Made by a program: the position numbers and the translations under genes. Under the pieces are notes generated by a model. That model was not told where the DNA came from. It worked only from the letters and a program-made list of their open reading frames with translations, and made no database searches. A DNA stretch of 64,000 nt from Mobula hypostoma (Eukaryota): assembly GCF_963921235.1 (NCBI RefSeq), contig NC_086107.1, positions 98,520,001 to 98,584,000 of the forward strand. Direction: 5' to 3'. Position 1 is the first letter of the stretch. Every line of letters begins with the position of its first letter. Below are positions 51,201 to 58,906 of the stretch, piece by piece.

Positions 51201-54200
51201 CTCCTTGTCTTGAAAATAATGAAAACGTAAAATAACATGCCTAGGTCTATCTGACCTAGACGAGTATGATGGGATTCTGTGAACACGATCCAGTAGCGGT
51301 GGTTGGTCAGGAAATACAGTAGGGAATGCATCTTTTAAAAGTTGAGAGAAATATTTCATGGGGTTGTTGGATTCCACAGCTTCCCTCACCCCGATCATTC
51401 GTAAATTCTGCTGTCGCATTCTAGATTCCAAGTCAGAGTTTTTAAAAGTCAAAAAGTCAAGTTTCTTCTTCATTACATTAATTGTTTCTTCGATTTTCCC
51501 CATCCTAAGCTCACTTTGTTGCACGAATTTTTGAAGATCAGATATAGCCGACTGATGTTCCGCAATACATGTTTGCATCTTATCAATTGAATCGGCAATT
51601 TTCTGGAAATTAGTTGAGATTTCCGTATGAATCAGGTCTTTAACAGAGCCTGCAATTTCCGTACGAATCATCTCCCTAACAGAGGTTGAAATTTCCCTCT
51701 GAATTAACTCCGATATCGCTTTCAAAGTCACCGGTGATTCAGTCGGGGGGAAATCCGTAGCTTTCGGTTTAACCGGAGGTTTACCATCCTTGCCGTTTTT
51801 CCCGTTCTTAGACATAGCAGATCTAAGTATCATCCAATTGTCGGAGAATTCAGTTTAATTCAAAGTATTGTAAGAATTGATGCCTTAATGGTTAATTAAA
51901 GTATAGCTGACCATAGAGAAAAAAAAAACTCAGAGGTAATGGAGCGAGTCAAGAACGCGACTTCACTCCATGGGCGCTACCGGAAGTCTGGATCATTAAG
52001 AATTTAAAGGATAGAAATGCACATTCACGGCACTCTTGAGTGGAGAGGATTTTGTCCATCTCAGTTTAGAGACCTGCTGTGTAATTCATCATTGTTAATT
52101 TGAACAAAAATGTTTCAGCATTTCCTTTAGCTGGCCCCAATTTTAGAATCTTATCATCTACCGTCACGCTTCTTCAGCCATTTCCAGGATCCAGTAAGGG
52201 CACTTACTCTTCTGCGGTCGAGTGAGAGTAGGTTAAATTAGCCCACTCTGAGTTCCTAACATCAGTGGAAAATAAGTCAGCCTTATCCCAAAATTCAATC
52301 TGATGCGTCCTCATTTCACCACCTCGAAAGCAAGCTTTGTCCTCCTCAACAAGGAGAGGATGGTCAACATGCTTCAGGTGTGACCTCATTGAAGCACAAA
52401 TACAGTAAGACTTCCTTTCACCTTGCTGCAAAGACCTTTACAATTGTTATTAGAATTGCCCTCTTTACCTATATGTTTCACCTAATCTATCTGAACAACT
52501 TCTAATTGTTTCCCACTAATTTAAAACAAAACATCAGAATCAGGTTTAATATCATAGTCCTTTGTTATGAAATTGGTTAACTTTGTGGCAACAGTACAAT
52601 GAATAATATTTTAAAAAGCTGTAAATTGCAGTAAATGTATATTAAATAGTTAAATTAAATAAGTAGTGCAAGAACAGAAATAAAAAGCATTGAGTTAGTG
52701 TTCATGGGTTCAATGTCCATTCAGAGATCAGTTGGCAGAAGGTAAGAAACTGTTCCTGAATCGTTTTGTGCACTTTTAGTTTTCTGCACCTCCTTCCTGA
52801 TGGTAACAGTAACAAGAGGCATGCCCTGGGTGTTGGGGGCCCTTACTGATGGATGCCGCCTTATTTGAGGCACTGCTCCTTGAAGATGTCTTGGATACTA
52901 CAGGGGCTAGTATCCATGATGGAGATGACTAATTTTACAACTCTCTGTAGCTTTTATCGATCCTGTGCAGTCTCCTCCCCCCACTCCCATAGCAGATGGT
53001 GATGCAGCCAGTCAGAATTCTCTCCACAGTACACCTGTAGAAATTTTGGAGAGCATAGGTGATAATTCAAGTGTCCTCAAATTCCTAATGAAATATAGCT
53101 GCTCTCTTGCCTTCTTTATAGTTGCATCGATATGTCGGGTGCGGATTATGTCCTCAGAGATATTCTCCTGCCAGGAACTTGAAATTGCTCGCTCTCTCCA
53201 CTTCTGACCCCTCTATGAGGATTGGTTTGTGTTCCCTCATCTTACCCTTTCTGAAGCCACAATCAGCTCTTTGGTCTTACTGACATTGAGTGGGAGGTTG
53301 TTGCTGTGACACCACTCAATTAGCTGGTACATCTCACTCCCGTACAGCCTCTCATCACCATCTGAGATCGTGCCAACAATAGTTGTATCATCAGCAAATT
53401 TATAGATAGCATTAAAAACATAGGTCATATGGAAATAACTAACCTCAATTACCCATGTTCTCAGCCCACACTACTTTGACCTTTCAGTTAAAGAGCTTTT
53501 AGATTAATTTTTCAAAAATTTGGCATTGCAAGTTGGGTATATTTTACCCTCTCTGTCGTCCTTGAGAAGACGGTGGTGAACTGCCTTCTTAAATCTGGTG
53601 AGGTTTCTACTGGGCTGGGAGTCCCATTGTTCACACTGAACTGTAAAGAAATAGAAAGAAAAAATTAGGGATTTGTATGAATGAAGAGAATTCTGCATGT
53701 GCCTGAAGAGAACACGGGTGTGAGAATAAACTGGGCTGGTCGTCACTTTTTCTGTTGTGCATGTCGCACAATGCAGTGGGGAGAGTGAAGTTGAAACATA
53801 CCCTTCTCCTGTTTGCTGTTTAATTGCGCTCCACCATGCATGACTGCAGGATTGCAGAGTCCCATCTGATCTGGTTACCTCTGTCCATTACCTGTAGTTT
53901 CATTACTTTAGCCTATTGTGGTTCTGAGCTGCGCTGGACCAGGTTGTTACCTCATTTTTAGATATTCTTGTACTGCTCCCAGAGGACCTCACAGGCAGTC
54001 ACAAAACAAAGACTCTTCTCAGAGCTGCCAAAAGCCTATATTAAGGAAATACCTGTACCTAACACAGTTTGTATGGACTGGGTTGTTTGTGTTTAACTTG
54101 ATTCTAGTTTTGAACCACCAGAACTGCTTTGAGTCTGTCCCATTTAGTGTGGTAAGTGTCATTGGGGTGGAGACTGGATTTTTGTCTCCACGAGGACTGT

Positions 54201-57200
54201 GCAGTGCTAGTTTATATCATTGCTCTCATGAACAGATTCATCAAGACGCAAATAGATTGAAAGGCCTAGAGTAAACATGGAGAGTGGGAGAGACTAGGAC
54301 CAGAGGGCACAACCTTAGGTTAGAAGGTCATCCTTTCAGAACAGAGATAAGGAGAAATTTCTTTAGCCAAAGGATTGTGAATCTGTGGAATTTATTGCCA
54401 CGGCTGTATAGGCCAAGTCATTGGGTCTGTTTAAAGTGGAGCTTGATAGGTATTCTTCTGCCTTTTCCCCACACACTTTTGGTGACCTTACTAATTCTTG
54501 ATTAATCAGGGCGTCAGAGATTATGGGGAGAAGGCAGGAGAATGTGATTGAGAGGGAAAGCACTGTAAATCAGCCCCGATGGAATGCAGAGCAGACTTGA
54601 TGGGCTAAATAGCCTAGTTCTGCTGCTCTGGCTTATGGTCTCTAGGCCGGCTAGGATAAGGTATAATTGGAAGGGACAAAGTAAATCTGACCAGCTCGAA
54701 GGAAGCTAATGATCATGATGACATTTTACCACAAACTGATGTGATGACTTTTAAAAATTACAGATTATTAAAGCAGCTGCTGTGTTTTGTGAACTGGTTC
54801 AGGAATTGAATCACTGTCACACCTCCAGGCTCTGCAAATTCCTTGCATTGACTCGATCTGCTCTCCCACCCAACTTGGTATCACCAGAAAACTTGGGCCA
54901 GTTCCACCGAGCCCAACCATTAGAGATAAATAAAGCCTCTATGCTTGAGGCATTTGAAGAGGCATCTTGAAGGAAGCAAAACCAGTTCCCACTTTGAAGC
55001 CACCATGTTATTGTGTGAATTGGGAGGTCTGGCACTCTGCATTCCAGTGAGATACAGACTTGTGGGTCTGACTGCAGTTCATCATCTGATAGGGAGGGTC
55101 AGTTAGTTTTCCAGTTAAATGTATCAGTTAGAACCCACAATTGTGAATTTAATCCCTGCAAGGCTGGATGCAGGGCTGGTTCTTGGTGATACCTCTGGGA
55201 TGGTTGTCACTTGTAGATTGGCTGTTTACTAAAGCCTGGATTGAGTTGTGCAGAGATCACTGCATATAACCCACCTGGGCTTCGATTAAGATGACTTGAA
55301 TTAATTTTAATGACTAAGAAGGGGACTTTAGATTAAATTTGCAGAATTTGTTTGGATGTTCAGCTACTTTGTCTGTGCAGGAGATGATGTGGGGGGGTGG
55401 GGTGGTGTTGGTGAAGAGAACAGTGTGTATTGTAATACACAAAGGTTAGAGCAGAGGGGAACCTCTACACATGTGTATGTTTGCCTTAATTGTTCATCTG
55501 TCTTTCCAGGGGGTCGAATCTACCCAGTCTCCGTCCCTTACACCAGCACACAAGGAACTCTGGGGAAAACCAGTGTCACACTCTCCCTGGTGATGCCATC
55601 CCAGAATCAGATGATGAACGGTAATCACAGCAACTCGACAGGGGACGAGACCACACCCACACTCACAAACAGGTATGTGTCCTGAGTACAGGCACACTGA
55701 GTGCAGGTGAAGGCGGCTATGGGATTACCTGCTGTAAGTGTTTGCTACTACAGCAACAGCAACTGCTATAAACTTCACTATCACAGGATGTCTTTTGTGT
55801 TCTGTAGCAGAAGGTGTATTTGGAGTGGTGGGGTAAAGGACAGAGTAATGTCCGACACTTCCTACACTTGACGGGCAGATGCCTGACATACTTGTGCCTC
55901 GGCCAAGCTGTATATCATGCCAAGTGCCCTGGGTGCATGGGACCCTAAGCTGCTGTCCCACAGGGGAGAGAATCCATGTCTGGCATGTCTGGGGCCGTGT
56001 CGTTTGAGGTGGGAAGTTGGCAGCTTGCGGGAGGGGGGAGAGGGAGTAAGGTAGGGGCTACCGGTGTCAATCGGGTTGGAAGGTCAGAGCTGGGTGTTGC
56101 TCAGGGAGGGAGAGAGAGCAGGCTCTGGCCAGAGGCCAGATGACCACCTTTTGACTCGTCTCAGTGCCAGGTTGAAATATCCAGAGATGCAGAAATGCTT
56201 TTACTGGGTGTTGAAGTGATGCTGTATTGTTAGTCTGTACTGAGGCTCCGCAGTGGGAGCTCTGGATGTCATCCTCTGCTTTTGACCACCTCTCCCCAGC
56301 TCCAGCACACACCACCACTGCCAAATCATTACCATGCTTCTCATCCACTTTGACGTCCCCACCCTGCCAGTAGCTTGACTGTCTTCACCTCACAGCATTA
56401 GCTCCATTTGTACACTTTTTCCCCACCTCTCTCTCTCCAACTCCCGCCCAACACCAGCTGGACTGCGACAGACTTCGTGGTGGGTGCTATGTTATGTCAC
56501 CTTCTGCTCAGTCAGCAGAGTTCCTTCCCTGAGTCACGTTAATTAATCAAACAATTCTTCTGTTGATTCCACACAGGTTATTCCAGATTTACTTATTTAG
56601 GTTTGTTAGTCTCTGCATCTGCTGTGATAGCTTTTTAATGTATGTCCCGATCACAAGTGTTCCTCTGTGGATTGCTAGCTCCAGATCATCATTGCAGACT
56701 GCTGCAGGTGCAGTGTCTGCCAGGGAGGTGTCAGCACATGGCAGCTTCAGCCGTATGCTCACGGTTTGGGAACAAGGGACCTCAGTGGCCTCTGATATGA
56801 AACAGCCGTGCTTCCTTTCAGAGCAGAGGGGGCTTGGAAAGGATTTAATCGAGAGTTTAAAGTCATGAGGAGTTTAGATAACTAAAAGGACAGTTAATCC
56901 ACTGGCTAATGGTTTAAGTTGTACTATGCACCCTCTTGTTTGACGGCATAATGCGGACATAACGACTGTCTTTCTGATTTCTTTCCAGCCAAAGTCCAAC
57001 AGCCACGTTGCAGTCTACCAACACGCACACACATAGCAGTAGCTCCAGCTCGGGTGATGGGCAGGGCCACCTGTTCCACCGGCACCGGCTCCCTCACACC
57101 CTTCAGCCTGACCAAGACGGCCGCGTCGAGCCCTACGTCGACTTCTTGGAATTCTACAGACTCTGGACTGTGGACCACAATGAGCAGACCCTTGCTGGAG

Positions 57201-57208
57201 TCCAGTAG
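6087..57208 (+). CDS. TAB1: TAB1 (TGF-beta-activated kinase 1/MAP3K7-binding protein 1), 11 coding exons, 507 aa; overall span
   Basis: join(6087-6119,9044-9177,14419-14569,19192-19278,28614-28752,29230-29346,31339-31450,34698-34842,35647-35869,55510-55672,56989-57208) = 1524 nt, open frame. All introns are GT-AG with matching phases, and the peptides match vertebrate TAB1 throughout. Confidence 0.97.
6300..8935. repeat. ~2.6 kb C/T low-complexity homopyrimidine tract (CCT/CCCT/CCCCT units) filling TAB1 intron 1
   Basis: Almost no purines on the + strand over the interval. Confidence 0.95.
9044..9177 (+). CDS. TAB1: TAB1 exon 2 [44 protein letters not shown]
   Basis: cag|GAG acceptor, CG|gtgagt donor; SWTDDL motif of TAB1. 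Confidence 0.95.
10625..11132 (+). mobile_element. CR1 LINE 3' fragment nested in older CR1 debris
   Basis: [15 protein letters not shown]...LGLFSLERR...RGHSFKV...FFTQRVV, ending in a ttctatgttcta tail; same family as 40831-42324. Confidence 0.85.
11380..11630. mobile_element. Penelope terminal-repeat inverted pair (palindrome)
   Basis: acacaaaatgctggagga...tatggaaaagagtaaacagt followed by its reverse complement actgtttactctcttccatag...attttgtgt. Confidence 0.8.
11640..12260 (+). mobile_element. Old CR1 RT remnant
   Basis: ggtgttccacagggaacagtg (GVPQG), gcagatgacacgaagattggtgg (ADDTKIG) and agggatcttggtgtgc (RDLGV) remnants. Confidence 0.7.
12400..13200 (+). mobile_element. Non-autonomous LINE-derived element with internal ~125-bp degenerate tandem repeat
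   Basis: Motif tttaagcgccaggtcagattggaaagg recurs near 12616, 12740 and 12868. The 3' tail gggtttctttgttttgtggctgcctgta...tctcaaggtt is shared with elements at 17100, 34470, 37855 and 39530. Confidence 0.55.
13220..14305 (-). mobile_element. Tc1/mariner DNA transposon, internally deleted
   Basis: Long TIRs (aaaagtttgtga...cacaatctgcctaaact / aggcagattgtg...ttcacaaacttttt..cagctg|TA). Transposase remnants [15 protein letters not shown]...GYKSISK and [12 protein letters not shown]; same family as 58907-60466. Confidence 0.85.
14419..14569 (+). CDS. TAB1: TAB1 exon 3 (R)[50 protein letters not shown]
   Basis: ctccag|A acceptor, CAG|gtattg donor; [10 protein letters not shown] pseudophosphatase motif. 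Confidence 0.96.
17100..17980 (-). mobile_element. Non-autonomous Rex1/L2-like retroposon (~880 bp) nested in CR1 debris
   Basis: On the - strand it starts cttctggtttaagatggc (YY1-like) and ends with the shared tail ...tcaaggttgtata...gataataaatgtactttgaa. Confidence 0.55.
19192..19278 (+). CDS. TAB1: TAB1 exon 4 [29 protein letters not shown]
   Basis: ttctccacag|GCC acceptor, GAG|gtaaca donor, 87 nt. Confidence 0.96.
19981..20880 (+). CDS. L1 ORF1p (coiled coil + RRM + CTD), 299 aa
   Basis: L1 ORF1 motifs [33 protein letters not shown] and LYPARLRI. Confidence 0.9.
   Translation: MELRSAMSKNGKNGKDGKPPVKPKATDFPPTESPVTLKAISELIQREISTSVREMIRTEIAGSVKDLIHTEISTNFQKIADSIDKMQTCIAEHQSAISDLQKFVQQSELRMGKIEETINVMKKKLDFLTFKNSDLESRMRRQNLRMIGVREAVESNNPMKYFSQLLKDAFPTVFPDQPPLLDRVHRIPSYSSRSDRPRHVILRFHYFQDKERLFRFARSKGFIDFSDLKFRFVEDFSKPIWDQRVRYRSVMSEFYKMDLRPALLYPARLRIRMSDGALRVFDSPSDAQSYLDQLSSSTS
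21598..25376 (+). pseudogene. L1 ORF2p (APE endonuclease-RT-CCHC) broken by two +1 frameshifts in T homopolymers
   Basis: Three ORF pieces (21544-23232, 23207-24094, 24000-25376) together match the intact ORF2 of copy 2. There is one extra T at ~23222-23228 and another at ~24026-24034. Confidence 0.85.
26131..26315 (+). ncRNA. HDV-like (nested double pseudoknot) self-cleaving ribozyme
   Basis: P1 GGGGTGT 26131-37/ACACCCC 26270-76; P2 CTCTCACCTG 26225-34/CAGGTGAGGG 26306-15; P3 GGC 26236-38/GCC 26267-69; L3 TCCCCGT; P1.1 via GGG 26277-79; CAA; P4 CGGCTT-CGAC-AAGCCG 26283-98; J4/2 GCTAA with C26300. Confidence 0.8.
26131..26690 (+). mobile_element. ~560-bp non-autonomous, ribozyme-headed retroposon (probably RTE-derived)
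   Basis: GC/CpG-rich island in AT-rich intron with no credible ORF. It has a 3' hairpin (cacaccat catt atggtgttg), ends atggacgaacc+A9, and has a probable TSD aaaaaagg (26117-26124 and 26685-26692). Confidence 0.7.
26860..27280 (+). mobile_element. CR1 3' end fragment
   Basis: ggatgcctggaatgtgctgcc...tttaagagacatt...gtgggccaaatggcctgctcctgtgctgtac tail. Confidence 0.7.
28059..28573 (-). mobile_element. 5'-truncated L1-like 3' UTR fragment (different family) interrupted by a SINE
   Basis: poly-T and tttatt at the left end; near-perfect TSD cattgcccctt (28048-28058) / cattgctcctt (28574-28584). Confidence 0.6.
28140..28454 (-). mobile_element. tRNA-derived SINE with RTE-like 3' tail
   Basis: - strand: A box tggccaagtgg, B-box-like agtttgagcc, central gtgtccttgagcaa motif, tail gagactaacggatgcct. 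TSD tactgtacat (28130-39 / 28455-64). Confidence 0.8.
28614..28752 (+). CDS. TAB1: TAB1 exon 5 [46 protein letters not shown](G)
   Basis: tcgcag|GGT acceptor, G|gtactt donor; PP2C-type SGGTTA and LYIANIG motifs. Confidence 0.96.
29230..29346 (+). CDS. TAB1: TAB1 exon 6 [38 protein letters not shown](G)
   Basis: ggcag|GC acceptor, G|gtgagt donor; [13 protein letters not shown] motif. Confidence 0.96.
30155..30410 (-). mobile_element. tRNA-derived SINE with RTE/BovB-like tail motif
   Basis: - strand head ggctggtggcgtagtgg...gggttcgaatcc (A/B boxes); contains cagtggtttgccattgccttc on +. Confidence 0.75.
31339..31450 (+). CDS. TAB1: TAB1 exon 7 [36 protein letters not shown](S)
   Basis: ctctag|GT acceptor, AG|gtaagg donor; RRIGDY motif. 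Confidence 0.95.
31640..33282. mobile_element. Rex1/Babar LINE, 5'-truncated with 5' inversion
   Basis: The 3' part is on - (31640-32520, starting [10 protein letters not shown] and ending in tail gacaataaag). The upstream RT part is on + (32521-33282, KATGPDG...YRPVALTS...FADD). Confidence 0.85.
34241..34361 (+). repeat. 32-bp minisatellite (~3.8 units), resuming degenerate at 34571-34626 after a retroposon-tail insertion
   Basis: Unit ctgacccgaccgtgacccctggtgtccaggca at 34241, 34273, 34305 and 34337. Confidence 0.85.
34698..34842 (+). CDS. TAB1: TAB1 exon 8 [48 protein letters not shown]
   Basis: ggttag|T acceptor, CAG|gtgagg donor, 145 nt. Confidence 0.96.
35647..35869 (+). CDS. TAB1: TAB1 exon 9 [13 protein letters not shown]...[28 protein letters not shown]
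   Basis: ttgcag|GAA acceptor, G|gtaaat donor, 223 nt. Confidence 0.96.
36780..37310 (-). mobile_element. Penelope-like 3' end/terminal repeat fragment
   Basis: [15 protein letters not shown] remnant and shared terminal repeat; another + fragment lies at 36570-36665. Confidence 0.7.
37343..37655 (+). mobile_element. V-domain tRNA SINE (HE1-like); related copies at ~42580-42770 and ~61280-61500
   Basis: ggggttcaattccc B box followed by gtgggtt...gctccagtttcctcccaca V-domain motif. Confidence 0.7.
39830..40630 (-). mobile_element. Rex1/Babar 3' fragment
   Basis: Reverse-strand ADDTTVVG and FLGVIIT remnants, as in other Rex1 copies. Confidence 0.7.
40831..42324 (+). mobile_element. CR1 LINE, 5'-truncated (~1.5 kb RT region, frameshifted)
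   Basis: [36 protein letters not shown]; tail ttctgtttcta; possible TSD aacca (40826-30 / 42325-29). Confidence 0.92.
43105..44515. mobile_element. Penelope-like (Neptune-type) element: GIY-YIG fragment on - with inverted terminal repeats
   Basis: [24 protein letters not shown]...YCVRCS on -; terminal repeat on - at 43105-43240 and on + at 44040-44515. Confidence 0.8.
45075..45605. mobile_element. Penelope terminal-repeat inverted pair
   Basis: - copy at 45075-45260 (near-intact hammerhead core at 45165-45203) and + copy at 45440-45605. Confidence 0.75.
45632..45874 (-). mobile_element. tRNA SINE, same family as 28140-28454, internally deleted
   Basis: TSD tctttaaataa (45621-31 / 45875-85); lacks roughly 70 nt present in the other copy. 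Confidence 0.85.
46435..50211 (-). CDS. L1 ORF2p, 1258 aa from MESIINF: APE endonuclease, reverse transcriptase, CCHC knuckle
   Basis: SWNTNGL, LQETH, GDLN, SRIDY, SDH (EN); [37 protein letters not shown] (RT); CDRC...H...C. Confidence 0.96.
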   Translation of the reverse strand: MESIINFVSWNTNGLNHPIKRKKVFKVFRRLKAQILFLQETHVRRGDRLRFFKFWKGQQFHSNSNAKIRGVSIFINSSVTFIQQDIISDPNGRFLLVSGLLFNKKVVLVNVYAPNMDCPEFYKSLFDQFPNLNEFSLIWGGDLNTCLSPALDHSAPLRTLPNKSANLINFFLSDSGSTDIWRFLHPQEKDFSFFSHVHHSYSRIDYFFIDSRLIPSVIKCDYDSITISDHAPLKLSIKIMANIPNNRQWRFNSLLLQDSDFVNFMNEQIELFFTINHTEDISVNTLWDTFKAYIRGQIISYSVALRKKQKQEEMAIVDKIKEIDKKYVMAPSEELYKQRTELQMEHSLLLSSSIVNQLKKTRSDFYVHSDKIGKLLANQLKSNYVKSQINQIYNQNDRLILDHVGINQTFCDFYSSLYQSESPRDSKYMNDFLDKLDFPQISQDMSSLLDTSITMDEIKNVIFSMNLGKAPGPDGFTVEFYKCFASLLIPWLCRVFEASLKLGKLPESFNRASISLILKKDKDPAQCASYRPISLLNVDSKVFSKLLANRLEKVLPSIISEDQTGFIKGRYSFYNIRTLLNIVYTSSQNVPECVISLDAEKAFDRVEWPYLFKVLEMFNFSLKFISWIKLLYHSPVASVRTNSLNSPFFPLFRGTRQGCPLSPLLFDIALEPLAIAIRESSNITGITRGLKSHKLSLYADDLLLYISNPERSIPAVLELLAQFGLFSGYKLNLSKSELFPINKHLPLYYKFPFKLINNYFSYLGIKITCKYKDLFKTNFLPLIDHITQLSSKWFPLYLTLIGRINAVKMFFLPKFLYVFQALPIFVPKSFFDKVDSKISSFIWQNKNPRLGKIHLQKAKRDGGLALPNFRFYYWAINIRHMKFWLLDQDILSIPKWVALELQSVQGYTLGSILGSSLPFDSKRLKQVSNPIVKYALRIWFQFRKLFDLNQFGLAIPILGNIFFPPSFTDRAFQTWKTKGILRFLDLFLDGSLMSFEQLSNKYNLSRIHFFRYLQVRNFLSTILSSFPMLPPTYILDSIINLNPCQKGASAMIYNIIMKLRKASFDKIRVDWEQELGLTISVDDWGQILQLVNTSSICAKHSLIQFKVVHRAHMSKDKLARFYSHINPFCDRCSGQIASLTHMFWSCPTLETFWRDIFNIISKVLNIDISPHPITAIFGLPKISSNLSPSARRMIAFLTLMAKRCILQHWKELNAPTTFFWFSQTILCLNLEKIRSNLYDSSFKFEQIWGPFIRYFHLM
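50934..51833 (-). CDS. L1 ORF1p, 299 aa
   Basis: Nearly identical to 19981-20880, with only a handful of substitutions. Confidence 0.92.
   Translation of the reverse strand: MILRSAMSKNGKNGKDGKPPVKPKATDFPPTESPVTLKAISELIQREISTSVREMIRTEIAGSVKDLIHTEISTNFQKIADSIDKMQTCIAEHQSAISDLQKFVQQSELRMGKIEETINVMKKKLDFLTFKNSDLESRMRQQNLRMIGVREAVESNNPMKYFSQLLKDAFPTVFPDQPPLLDRVHRIPSYSSRSDRPRHVILRFHYFQDKERLFRFARSKGFIDFSDLKFRFVEDFSKPIWDQRVHYRSVMSEFYKMDLRPALLYPARLRIRMLDGALRFFDSPSDAQSYLDQLSCSTS
52530..53420 (-). mobile_element. Rex1/Babar 3' fragment
   Basis: [19 protein letters not shown]...[11 protein letters not shown]; tail aaacctgattctga. Confidence 0.75.
55510..55672 (+). CDS. TAB1: TAB1 exon 10 [31 protein letters not shown]... 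(p38-alpha binding region)
   Basis: tttccag|GG acceptor, AG|gtatgt donor, 163 nt. Confidence 0.96.
56989..57208 (+). CDS. TAB1: TAB1 exon 11 (TAK1-binding C-terminus [17 protein letters not shown]), stop TAG
   Basis: tttccag|C acceptor; [14 protein letters not shown] and PYVDFxEFYRLW motifs. Confidence 0.96.
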
Positions 57209-57734
57209 GTGACTGGTCAACACTGCCTCTGGCCACAGTTCAGCTGCTGGGAGCCTCTGGGTTGTGACATAAAGCGAACCCTGCCTGCGTCACTGATTTC
57301 ATCAGCTTTCCACGAGTGACTGGAGCTGAACGTCAGCCAAGTCTTCAGGACTGCCCATTCTCCCAAACGACAGCAGCTAACCACAGCTGTGGTCAGGACA
57401 CCAGAGCCCTGCAGATGGAGAGGAATATCTGAATGTGTGCGCGTGCTGGGATTGGGCCAGCTTCATCTGTGGTGACCTTCACAACCAAATAGTTTGCCTG
57501 CTGTATAAGCTGTGACGTGATGATTGGCCCATGAGATGCAAAGCAGCTCCCAGGGAACAGATGGCTGAGGTTGCTTAACTTGGGAAATCTTCTGACGAAC
57601 TCTTAAGTTCTGGGTGTATGTTCAGGAGGTGATACAAATTCCTGTTGTTAGATCGAGCATCCTAACAAGTGTTTTTAAACTGCTGGTCTATGCTATCAGT
57701 GGCTGCAGTCAGCATCCCAGGCAATGACGCTGCA

Positions 57735-57740
57735 AATAAA
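57735..57740 (+). terminator. Candidate TAB1 polyadenylation signal (alternative at 57901-57906)
   Basis: AATAAA ~530 nt after the stop codon. Confidence 0.45.
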
Positions 57741-58398
57741 AGACGTTCTCCTGCCACTCAGCCAGCCTTTCCTTGTGATCTTTATCTGAAGGGGACGAGG
57801 CACATGTCCGCGAGCATGTGAATGACTGGGAGATGTAAACAGAATGTTACAGTAAATGAAAATTTTTTTAAAAACACAACTGCAGGTACTGGAAACCTAA
57901 AATAAAGAGTTAAAATGCTGGAAAGGCTCATCTGGTCAGGCAGCCTCTGTGGAATGAGAAACGGTTAAGCCTCAGAGTTCTCCCATTAGTCATTTAACCA
58001 GTGAACTGCAACTTATCTCCACAGTATTCCTGGCGCCTCCCTATCGCAAGTATTTACTTTGTCCTACCCATCCCTTCTCCAATGTAAAACTTTCGTTTTT
58101 ACCCAGTTCTGACAAAGGATTTTTGACCTGAGTCTTTATCCTTGTTTCTCCTGCACAGTTGCTGCTGAGCTGTTTTCAGCATTTTCTGCTTTCATTTCTA
58201 ACATCATCGTGTTTGTTTTCAGTTTCAAGGTCGTGTATCTTTTCCAGTTATCGTCTGTTTGTCTCCTGTCTACTAAGATAGGATTTTCTTCTACTGTTGT
58301 GCTTCGTCACAATGATGCAGTGTTTGCTGGCTAGGATTAGGAATTGTTATCAGAATTTTTTGGAGGGTAACTCTGGGTTGTGGTGCAGTGTTTGAGGA

Positions 58399-58900
58399 TG
58401 TTGTGACTGTGAACAAAGTCACCGGGAGGCACTGGTGATATCGAAGTCTTTACTTAGCACACAGCAGACATCATACTGGAGAAACTCTTGGGAGAAAAGG
58501 CTTCCTAAGCTCAAAGTACATTACATTTTTATACCGTTAAGATCAATGGTAACTCGATACAGCTTCAATAGTTACAATGATATCATTTACTTCAATACTT
58601 TGGGTTGACAATGCTTCACTTAAGTTATGTACAAGTTTCAAACACCTAAGTCTTCACACCAACACTCCAGATGCCCTAGATTGAATATTAATTGCATTGC
58701 CTCTCATTCTTGCATGTGAAGACATCTCAAGTCAGCAGATGTTTCCTGGTTTGCAATTGACCCCAGTCTGCAGCTTCAGGAAGTCCATTGCTGTGAGTGG
58801 CATTTGAAGGTCAACCTGCAACCCACATTCAAATCTGAAGACTGGTTGCTTTTGAAATTAATATTTTCTATGTGCTATAACTGCAGAATACACCCTAACA
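58399..58900 (-). mobile_element. Possible solo LTR (~500 bp)
   Basis: TGTT...AACA termini, AGTAAA near the - strand 3' end, imperfect flanks agga/aggg. Confidence 0.35.
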
Positions 58901-58906
58901 AGGGTA

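Larger units (their letters stand above)
46078..51989 (-). mobile_element. Full-length intact L1-clade LINE copy 2 (TAB1 intron 9, antisense)
   Basis: 16-bp TSD ggatcattaagaattt (46062-46077 / 51990-52005); TTT/AAA target on the element strand; both ORFs open. Confidence 0.98.

Noticed and set aside
11440..58140. Apparent selective inactivation of sense-strand hammerheads inside TAB1
   Set aside because: Most antisense copies are also mutated and the sample is too small to distinguish from neutral decay.
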